This document shows positions 57,282 to 64,000 of a stretch of DNA of 64,000 nt, in pieces. The position numbers were made by a program, and so were the translations under genes. Source of the DNA: an uncultured Chloroflexia bacterium (GTDB lineage: Bacteria > Chloroflexota > Limnocylindria > QHBO01). The DNA lies in the NCBI GenBank assembly GCA_963825525.1, contig CAWGTN010000003.1, positions 64,001 through 128,000 on the forward strand. Direction: 5' to 3'. The notes beneath the pieces are model-generated. The model was not told the origin of the DNA. It worked only from the letters and a program-made list of their open reading frames with translations, and ran no database searches. Positions within the stretch are counted from its first letter, which is position 1. Every line of letters starts with the position of its first letter.

Positions 57282-57355
57282 CCCGCCTCCCGACGGCGAG
57301 CTCCGGCCTCCGCCGTATAGTGGCCAGCGGCACGCACGCCGAGCCAGGAGCACAC

Positions 57356-58231
57356 ATGAAGGTCGGCCTGCAGATCAACCAGTTCACGTGGCCCGGTGGA
57401 GCGGCGAACATCGGACCGATGCTGGCGCGCATCGGGCGGGCAGCCGATGACGTCGGCTTCGACTCGATCTGGGTCATGGACCACTTCTTCCAGATTCGCG
57501 GGCTCGGGCCGCCGGAGGCGCCGATGCTCGAGGGCCAGACCGCGCTCGGCTTCCTTGCCGCCCACACCAAACGTGCCCGTTTGGGCCTCATGGTGGGCGG
57601 CGTGCACTATCGGAGTCCGGGCCTGTGGATCAAGGCCACCACCACGCTCGACGTGCTCAGCGGCGGGCGGGCCTGGTTCGGGATCGGCGCCGCGTGGAAC
57701 GTGCACGAGTCGAAGGGCCTGGGGTTCGAGTTCCCGTCATTGAACGCGCGCTTCGAGTGGCTCGAGGACACGCTCGAGATGGCCCACGCCATGTGGAGCG
57801 GCGGGAGCGGAAGCGGCGAGGGATTCGAAGGCCGCCGGGTGACGGCCACCCACCTCATCAACTCCCCGCAGTCGATCAGCCGCCCGCGCGTGCCCATTCT
57901 CGTCGGCGGTGGGGGAGAGCGGAAGACGCTGCGCCTGGCCGCCCAGTACGCCGATGCGTGCAACATCTTCGGCCGCTCGCCGGAGTTCGTGCGAGGGAAG
58001 TTCGATGTCCTGCGGGAGCATTGCGATCGACTCGGCCGGCCGTTCGAGGAGATCGAGCGAACCGTCCTGACGTCCGTCGACCTCGAGGCCGAATCGCCAT
58101 CCCAGATCGTCGAGCGATTCGGCGGACTTGCCGAGGCCGGCGCCCAGCACATGATCTTCAGCGTGCGCGGGATTGCCGACCCGTCACGCCTCGAGCGGAT
58201 CGGCGCGGAGGTCCTGCCCCAGCTCAGCTGA
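57356..58231 (+). CDS. LLM-class putative F420-dependent oxidoreductase (Rv1855c-like)
   Basis: FDSIWVMDHFFQI; TTLDVLSGGRA; GGGGERKTL. Confidence 0.9.
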   Translation: MKVGLQINQFTWPGGAANIGPMLARIGRAADDVGFDSIWVMDHFFQIRGLGPPEAPMLEGQTALGFLAAHTKRARLGLMVGGVHYRSPGLWIKATTTLDVLSGGRAWFGIGAAWNVHESKGLGFEFPSLNARFEWLEDTLEMAHAMWSGGSGSGEGFEGRRVTATHLINSPQSISRPRVPILVGGGGERKTLRLAAQYADACNIFGRSPEFVRGKFDVLREHCDRLGRPFEEIERTVLTSVDLEAESPSQIVERFGGLAEAGAQHMIFSVRGIADPSRLERIGAEVLPQLS

Positions 58232-58274
58232 ACCGCGCACCGTTCTCCCGACCGGATGGCCCGCGAACGAGCGT

Positions 58275-59594
58275 TCAGCCGGAGGCGGCCGTGGGCAGCC
58301 CGCCGCGCACGCCGACCAGGTGCTCCGATCCTCGCAGCCAGCGCAGCGGAACCAGGGCCATCACCAGCAGTCCCGCCGACACGATCAACAGTCCGTCCAC
58401 GCCGAGCAGCTCGGCCGCCCCGCCACCCGCCAGCGATCCGACCACCTGGCCCACCGCCAGGAAGACGGAGTACAGCCCCATGATCGCGCCGCGATGGGAG
58501 GGGTGCTCCTCGCTGATATCGGCCAGCATGCCGAGCGCCGCCGGCGTTGCCCCGGCCAGGACGAAGAGCCCACCGGCGGCCACCAGCGCCAGCCCGATCT
58601 CACCGGGCGGTCCCCAACCGAGATCATGGTTGAGCCCGAATGCGGCGCCCACCATGAACAGACCGCCGATGATCCCGATCGCCATGATCGTGGTCCGGCG
58701 GTAGCGCTTGAAGCGATTGCCCCAGTAGACCAAGCCGGCAAAGAAGACGACCATCGCCACCGCCAGGCCGATGCTGATCTGGATCGGCGCGAAGCCTCCC
58801 ATCAGCAGCTGGTCCTCGAACCCTGGCTTTGGCTCATTGACGAGCTGGAAGATCGACTGGCTGGTCCACGCCCCGATGAAGGCGTTCACCGCGATCCAGG
58901 TCGGGGCCAGCAGCCAGACCGATGGGCTCGAGAGGACGGAACGGTACTCCGCGAGGTTGAAGCCCTTGGCCAGGGCGCCGACGCCGCCGGCTCCCAGGTC
59001 TGCATCGGACTCTGCACTCGGGGCCGGATGCGCGCTGACGCCATAGCGATAGATGAGAAAGCTGACGCCGTACAGCACCGCATTCAGGTAGAACGCGTTG
59101 CGATCCAGGAGTGCCCACAGACCGCCGCCGGCAACCAGGCCACCGCCAAGGCCCGCCAGCGTGGCCGCCTCGAAGCGGGCCACCGTCCGGCCGCGCAGGC
59201 CCTCATCGCCCGATGTCGCGAGCGCGATGAATCCCAGGATGGACGGAATGCTGGCCGCCGCCGCGGCGCCTTCCAGCCAGCGCGTGCCACCCAGGAGGAA
59301 CATGTCCGTCGTGAGCGCTGTCATCACGACGGCCACTGCCCCGAAGATCGGCCCGAGCTGCATGATCGACCGCGCTCCGAAGCGATCCGACATGACGCCG
59401 AAGATCGGCGACAGGACGAGCTCGGCAACGAAGAAGGCGGCCGTCAGGAGGCCCACCTCGAACGCCGTCACCTTTGGCCCGCCGCCGAAGGTGTGCAGCT
59501 CGGTCAGGTAGAACACCAGCAGCGCCCCGGTGAGACCCGTGCTGAATCGGAGCGTGAAGGTGCCGATGAGGACGGCGTTGAGAGAGCGGTGCAT
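58275..59594 (-). CDS. MFS transporter
   Basis: GVMSDRFGAR; about twelve TMs; RGAIMGLYS. Confidence 0.85.
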   Translation of the reverse strand: MHRSLNAVLIGTFTLRFSTGLTGALLVFYLTELHTFGGGPKVTAFEVGLLTAAFFVAELVLSPIFGVMSDRFGARSIMQLGPIFGAVAVVMTALTTDMFLLGGTRWLEGAAAAASIPSILGFIALATSGDEGLRGRTVARFEAATLAGLGGGLVAGGGLWALLDRNAFYLNAVLYGVSFLIYRYGVSAHPAPSAESDADLGAGGVGALAKGFNLAEYRSVLSSPSVWLLAPTWIAVNAFIGAWTSQSIFQLVNEPKPGFEDQLLMGGFAPIQISIGLAVAMVVFFAGLVYWGNRFKRYRRTTIMAIGIIGGLFMVGAAFGLNHDLGWGPPGEIGLALVAAGGLFVLAGATPAALGMLADISEEHPSHRGAIMGLYSVFLAVGQVVGSLAGGGAAELLGVDGLLIVSAGLLVMALVPLRWLRGSEHLVGVRGGLPTAASG

Positions 59595-59646
59595 GAGCGC
59601 GCAGTATGCCGCGCCGGGGTCGTGCCGCGCAGGACCCCGGGAAATG

Positions 59647-59684
59647 CACACGACCCCCGCTCCGGTGGGAGCGAGGGTCGTGTG
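59647..59684 (-). terminator. Terminator-like hairpin after trxA
   Basis: cacacgacccccgctcc-ggtg-ggagcgagggtcgtgtg followed by cattt on the minus strand. Confidence 0.6.
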
Positions 59685-59696
59685 GTCGTGAGCGGG

Positions 59697-60044
59697 TCAG
59701 GCGGTGGCGCCTGTCCCCAGGGACGGAAGCCCGAAGGCCTCCTCGAGTGCCTCGGCCGGTCGGAATCCGACCGCAGCCTTGGGTGCCTCGCCGGGTGCGA
59801 AGAGGGCGACGGTCGGAATGCTCATGATTCCGTACTTCATTGCCGTCTGCGGATTGGCGTCGACGTCGAGCTTGCGAACCTCGACCTTGCCCTCGTACTT
59901 CGCTGCCAGCTTCTCGATCTCCGGGGCGACCATGCGGCAGGGGCCACACCATTCGGCCCAGAAGTCGACGACGACGGGCTTGTCGCTCTGGAGAACATCG
60001 GTCTCGAACGTGGCGTCGGTGACTTCACGAACATTTGCGGACAT
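59697..60044 (-). CDS. trxA: Thioredoxin
   Basis: VDFWAEWCGPC; SIPT. Confidence 0.96.
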   Translation of the reverse strand: MSANVREVTDATFETDVLQSDKPVVVDFWAEWCGPCRMVAPEIEKLAAKYEGKVEVRKLDVDANPQTAMKYGIMSIPTVALFAPGEAPKAAVGFRPAEALEEAFGLPSLGTGATA

Positions 60045-60055
60045 GGGGTTCCTTT

Positions 60056-60370
60056 CTAGGAGGATCGCGCGCCGGTCGAGCCGGCGACGGCTTGGATTGC
60101 TCGGTATGCATCGAGGACGCGCTCATCGGCCAGGCGGTACATGACGGTGTTGCCGTCGCGCCGGCTGGCCACCAGGCCCGCCGAGCGCAGCACGCTGAGA
60201 TGCTGGCTCATGTTCGGCACCTGGCAACCGACGTCATGCGAGAGCTCACTCACGCTCCGCTCGCCCGCGGCGAGCTGCTCGAGCACGCAGAGCCGCTTCG
60301 GATCTGCAAGGGCCCGAGCGATGAGCGCTGCTCGCGCCCGCGACGCATCGGCGGTCAATGTCGTGTCCAT
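60056..60370 (-). CDS. ArsR/SmtB-family regulator
   Basis: ALADPKRL..SVSEL..MSQHLSVLRSAGLV..RRDG..YRL. Confidence 0.92.
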   Translation of the reverse strand: MDTTLTADASRARAALIARALADPKRLCVLEQLAAGERSVSELSHDVGCQVPNMSQHLSVLRSAGLVASRRDGNTVMYRLADERVLDAYRAIQAVAGSTGARSS

Positions 60371-60424
60371 CGCCCGAATCATCTCACAACTTGCGCAAAC
60401 GCGCAAACGATTCGGCGCCCGATA

Positions 60425-61723
60425 TCAGGCGGCGATGGCTCCTGCCTCGACCGGTGCCTCACGCGGCCGGGCGACCTCGGTGGCGCGTGCGGCGGTGAAG
60501 CGGCCCAGCCCGGCACCGACGAACAGGATCGCGAAGGCGGGATAGCCACCCAGCAGCATGACGAGCGAGGAGATGGCCACCCCGCCGGTGTAGGCGCCGA
60601 CATTGCGAGCGACGAAATGACTCTGGAAGGCAAGCACGCCCGGGCCGGTCGCGAGCCGGAAGAGCCGCTCGTTGGCTGCCAGCTGGCCCGCAGTGTCGCC
60701 GGCCGCCATGAGCACCGCCACCAGGACGAGCACCAGCGGCGCCGCCGGATTCACCGGGTGCGCCGCAAGGCCCAGGAGGAGTGCGACGCCCCGCAGCAGG
60801 AACGACCGTCGCAGCAGCTGCGACGACGATCCGCCGCGCAGGTGCGAGCTCACGTACAGCGATGCCAGGACGAGCGTGCCGGAGCTCACCGCGCTGATGG
60901 CGATGGCGAAGCCGGCGCCCGTGTGGAGAACGCTGATGGCATACACCGACAGGAAGGGGGAGAGGCCGGCGGACAGCAGGGCGAGGGACATGACGTTGCC
61001 ATGCCGGCGGAGCCGAGCCTGCTCGTCACTCTTCCACGCCGTCTGCCGCGGAACCCGGATGCGACCGGGCGCCGGGAGCCGCCGGAGGATGACGAGCGGG
61101 ACGAGGCCGGCGATGCCTGAGATGGCGAGGGGTGCCGCGTAGGCCCACAGGCCGACGGACTGCACCAGGCCGTCGATGGTGAACGCAATCGGCAGGAGGA
61201 TCACCGAACCGATGCCGAGAGCAATGCCGCCCAGGCGCGGTGCGACGAGGCGACGCTCGTCATCGGCCAGGATGATCTGGTACCACGATTGCTGGAGGCT
61301 GTAGGCGGTGGCCCCCAGCGCTCCAAGCAGGCCGCTGATGATGCCGATGAGCACGATTGTCACGCCGGCTGGGATCAGGCCGATGGCGGCGAGTCCAACG
61401 ACTCCGGCCAGCAGCAGGCCGCGAGGCTCACCGATCGTCGCGAAGAGCACGACCAGGCCCCGAAGGTTGCCGTTGGTACGGTCGAGCCAGCTGGGCAACC
61501 AGCGCTGCGACATGGTGCCGACCGCCGGAAGCACGGCCAGCGCGGTGGCCAGGGCCGGGTGGGCGCCAAGTGCAAGCAGGAGTGGGATCGTGATTGCCGG
61601 CCCGGTGAGCGCCCCGATGAAGCCCTGGGCGACGGCGAGGGTCCGGAACGGCCGGTACTGCCGGCCGGCGAAGATGCGCCAGTCGGCGATGGTCGGATGA
61701 TGGGACAGAGAAGACGCGCGCAC
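60425..61723 (-). CDS. MFS-like 12-TM membrane protein
   Basis: Two-times-six hydrophobic pattern; divergent sequence; start uncertain. Confidence 0.65.
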   Translation of the reverse strand: MRASSLSHHPTIADWRIFAGRQYRPFRTLAVAQGFIGALTGPAITIPLLLALGAHPALATALAVLPAVGTMSQRWLPSWLDRTNGNLRGLVVLFATIGEPRGLLLAGVVGLAAIGLIPAGVTIVLIGIISGLLGALGATAYSLQQSWYQIILADDERRLVAPRLGGIALGIGSVILLPIAFTIDGLVQSVGLWAYAAPLAISGIAGLVPLVILRRLPAPGRIRVPRQTAWKSDEQARLRRHGNVMSLALLSAGLSPFLSVYAISVLHTGAGFAIAISAVSSGTLVLASLYVSSHLRGGSSSQLLRRSFLLRGVALLLGLAAHPVNPAAPLVLVLVAVLMAAGDTAGQLAANERLFRLATGPGVLAFQSHFVARNVGAYTGGVAISSLVMLLGGYPAFAILFVGAGLGRFTAARATEVARPREAPVEAGAIAA

Positions 61724-61880
61724 GTTGAAGAATGAACCTTGTCCGGGAGCGCGCGTACTCCGGCCGGACCCGCTCCGACCGACGTCGGTGCAGGGCGTCC
61801 CAGCCGGGCAACCGACGCCCCTAGGTTACGACATCGCGCCGGGTTCGCGACATGGCCGATTCGTCCCATTCGGGCTTGGC

Positions 61881-61911
61881 CCGGTTGCGACAGCCAAGTT
61901 GTCGCAACCGG
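61881..61911. promoter_or_regulatory. Perfect 12-bp inverted repeat upstream of the Zn-ribbon gene
   Basis: ccggttgcgaca-gccaagt-tgtcgcaaccgg. Confidence 0.55.
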
Positions 61912-61928
61912 AGCTCATCGTGCGTCGC

Positions 61929-62093
61929 ATGAACATTCTTCTCGACTGCGCATCGTGTGGCGACGAGGTCGTCTTCTCGGTCAACGAGACCGATGAGGAG
62001 CTCGTCTGCTCGGCCTGCAATACCCGCATGGCGTTCGCGCCGGATCCGATGATCACGTTCGGGCTCCTGTACGACACCGCACAGGCCGCCTGA
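61929..62093 (+). CDS. 54-aa Zn-ribbon protein
   Basis: MNILLDCASCG...LVCSACN (two CxxC). Confidence 0.7.
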   Translation: MNILLDCASCGDEVVFSVNETDEELVCSACNTRMAFAPDPMITFGLLYDTAQAA

Positions 62094-62142
62094 AACTCAT
62101 CTCCCAGTGCGGCGAAGTCGCACATATGGCAGGCTCAGCCCG

Positions 62143-62835
62143 ATGGCACGTGCTCGGGCCGCGTCGACCTGGCGACGCGTTGGATCGACGCTGCTGGCCG
62201 CCGCCATCCTCATCGGGCTGGGTGCCGTGGCGGCGTACTCGCTGGCGCGGCTCGACATCGGCCCGCCGTTCGGAGGGCGCATCCCCGCCGTCGCGTACGA
62301 CGCCTACCTATCGGCCGAGGAATCGGCGCCCGACATCACCGCATCCTGCCGCGTGGAGTGGGAAGTGGTCGCCGCCATCGCCCAGGTGGAATCGCGGCAC
62401 GGGCGCATCGACAGCGAGCACCGGCTGGACAGCGATGGGACGGTCGAGCCGCCGATCCGTGGGCAGCAGCTCGACGGGACTCGTGGTACGCAGACCATCG
62501 TCGACACGGACGAGGGAACGCTCGACGGCGATCCCGACTTCGATCGCGCCATGGGGCCGCTCCAGTTCATCCCCACCACCTGGCGCGAGCTGGGTCGCGA
62601 TGGGAACGGCGACGGGTCCGTGGATCCGGACAACCTGTACGACGCGGCGCTGACCGCCGTCGCCCACCTGTGCCTTCGCGAGCCGGGGGATTACACCGCT
62701 CGTGCCGAGCTGCGGCGCGCGCTCATCGCCTACAACGCATCGGGCCCGTATGCGGACGACGTTCTGCGCTGGGTTGATCGCTACCGGGCCGAGCCGCTGG
62801 ACTCCATCCTGGAGCCGTCCCCCGACGGAGTCTGA
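62143..62835 (+). CDS. Membrane-anchored lytic transglycosylase (SLT_2-like)
   Basis: AAIAQVESRHG; AMGPLQFIPTTW; DGNGDG; AYNAS. Confidence 0.88.
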   Translation: MARARAASTWRRVGSTLLAAAILIGLGAVAAYSLARLDIGPPFGGRIPAVAYDAYLSAEESAPDITASCRVEWEVVAAIAQVESRHGRIDSEHRLDSDGTVEPPIRGQQLDGTRGTQTIVDTDEGTLDGDPDFDRAMGPLQFIPTTWRELGRDGNGDGSVDPDNLYDAALTAVAHLCLREPGDYTARAELRRALIAYNASGPYADDVLRWVDRYRAEPLDSILEPSPDGV

Positions 62836-62842
62836 CCGCGGG

Positions 62843-63349
62843 TCAGCTCTCGCTGATCTCGATGGCGTCGATGCGGTCGCCCGGATTCCTGTCACGCTGC
62901 GGATCGCGCTCGCGCAGGGCGCTGACGACGTCCATGCCCTCGGTCACGCGGCCGAAGACGCTGTGCTTGTTGTCCAGGTGCGGCGTCGGGCCGAAGGTGA
63001 TGAAGAACTGGCTTCCATTGGTTCCGGGGCCGGCGTTGGCCATGGAGAGCGTGCCCGCGCTGTCGTGACGAAGCGACGAGTGGAACTCGTCACCGAACTG
63101 GTAGCCGGGGCCGCCGGTGCCGGTGCCGGTCGGATCGCCGCCCTGGGCCATGAACCCGCCGATGACCCGATGAAAGGTCGTGCCGTCGTAGAAGCCTGAG
63201 CGGGCGAGGTTCACGAAGTTCTCAACGGTGAGCGGGGCGCGGTCCGCGTAGAGCTCGACAACGAATTCGCCCCTCTCCGTCTTGAAGCGAGCCGAGTACT
63301 GCTTCGTGAGGTCGAGGTCGCCTGACGGCGGGCTGGGTCGGTCGGCCAT
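62843..63349 (-). CDS. Cyclophilin peptidyl-prolyl isomerase
   Basis: [16 protein letters not shown]; [17 protein letters not shown]; HSVFG. Confidence 0.95.
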   Translation of the reverse strand: MADRPSPPSGDLDLTKQYSARFKTERGEFVVELYADRAPLTVENFVNLARSGFYDGTTFHRVIGGFMAQGGDPTGTGTGGPGYQFGDEFHSSLRHDSAGTLSMANAGPGTNGSQFFITFGPTPHLDNKHSVFGRVTEGMDVVSALRERDPQRDRNPGDRIDAIEISES

Positions 63350-63414
63350 CGGTTCTCCTGGTGAGGTGGTGTGCCCCCCGATGCTACCGGACATTCCGGA
63401 CGGGGGGCACGCGC

Positions 63415-63999
63415 CTAGTGCTCGACGTCGATGACGAGTCGTTCCGGACCGTCCTCGGACAGCGGCACGACGCGAACGCAGGCCTCGTGGGTCAGCCCCA
63501 GGTACCAGGTGGACTGCGCCTCGAAATCACCGCCCTCGACGAGGTGCACGAGGGTCGGGAAGTCGCGCGCGAAGCTGGTCGGACCGTTGTAGCTGCTGGT
63601 GTTCTCGAGGGTCTGCTTGGTGCCGCCGCGCAGCGTCAGCCGCAGGAAACTGGTACCGGCGACCTCGATCGGCATCCCCGATGCATCGTGGGTGAACGGC
63701 GGCGTCGCGCGGTCGAGCGTCACCTCCGGCAGGCCGTCGGCGAACTCGAAGACGACGCGGTCATAGTCGGCGTGCGACCCGACCCGGACATCGGTGATGT
63801 TGGCTCGGGCAACGGTGGCCGCCTCGACGATCGGCAGCTCGCAGGAGAAATCGGCGAGGGCGTCTGAAGGGATCGGCTCATCGGTCGATGTCGATGTCGA
63901 TGCCGTTGCCGATGCTGATGGAACTCCCGTCGCATCGGGTGACCTGGACGCCGCGCTCGACGATGGGCTGGCAGCCGTGCCGCCGCATGCGGCCAGGAG
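63415..63999 (-). CDS. AMIN-like domain lipoprotein, 5'-partial
   Basis: Open frame from the window end: LLAAC lipobox, S/T linker, [30 protein letters not shown]. Confidence 0.8.
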   Translation of the reverse strand, partial: LLAACGGTAASPSSSAASRSPDATGVPSASATASTSTSTDEPIPSDALADFSCELPIVEAATVARANITDVRVGSHADYDRVVFEFADGLPEVTLDRATPPFTHDASGMPIEVAGTSFLRLTLRGGTKQTLENTSSYNGPTSFARDFPTLVHLVEGGDFEAQSTWYLGLTHEACVRVVPLSEDGPERLVIDVEH

Positions 64000-64000
64000 T

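Noticed and set aside
63885-63905. tcgatg short tandem repeat
   Set aside because: It encodes the Ser/Thr linker of the lipoprotein

Overview
GC-rich (roughly 70% by eye) bacterial chromosomal window of about 65 genes. It looks like Chloroflexota (Limnocylindria-like) or Actinomycetota; that taxonomy is an inference from GC content, an F420-type LLM enzyme and many leaderless starts. Most genes are housekeeping or accessory: nucleoside and peptide ABC importers, cytosine deaminase, aroK, pyk, PFK, typA, msrA, trxA, cyclophilin, MFS pumps and signalling proteins. No rRNA, tRNA, CRISPR array or transposase was seen. Three signals go beyond the ORF track. (1) A 35-aa secreted propeptide gene (11939-12046) with its own sigma70 promoter converges on an XRE-HTH+TPR regulator and diverges from an EAL phosphodiesterase, resembling an RRNPP-type peptide signalling system outside Firmicutes. 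(2) Two dispersed copies of a structured RNA with UUCG hairpins (36432-36570 and 49243-49353) each lie behind three identically phased DnaA-box-like motifs and a sigma70 promoter. (3) A CRP-box-associated operon of three AASL-motif secreted proteins plus a SipW-type signal peptidase looks like a TasA-like fibre or pilus system. About ten single-base frameshifts cluster at 31.4-40.5 kb and probably reflect assembly error. All calls were made by eye without database searches.
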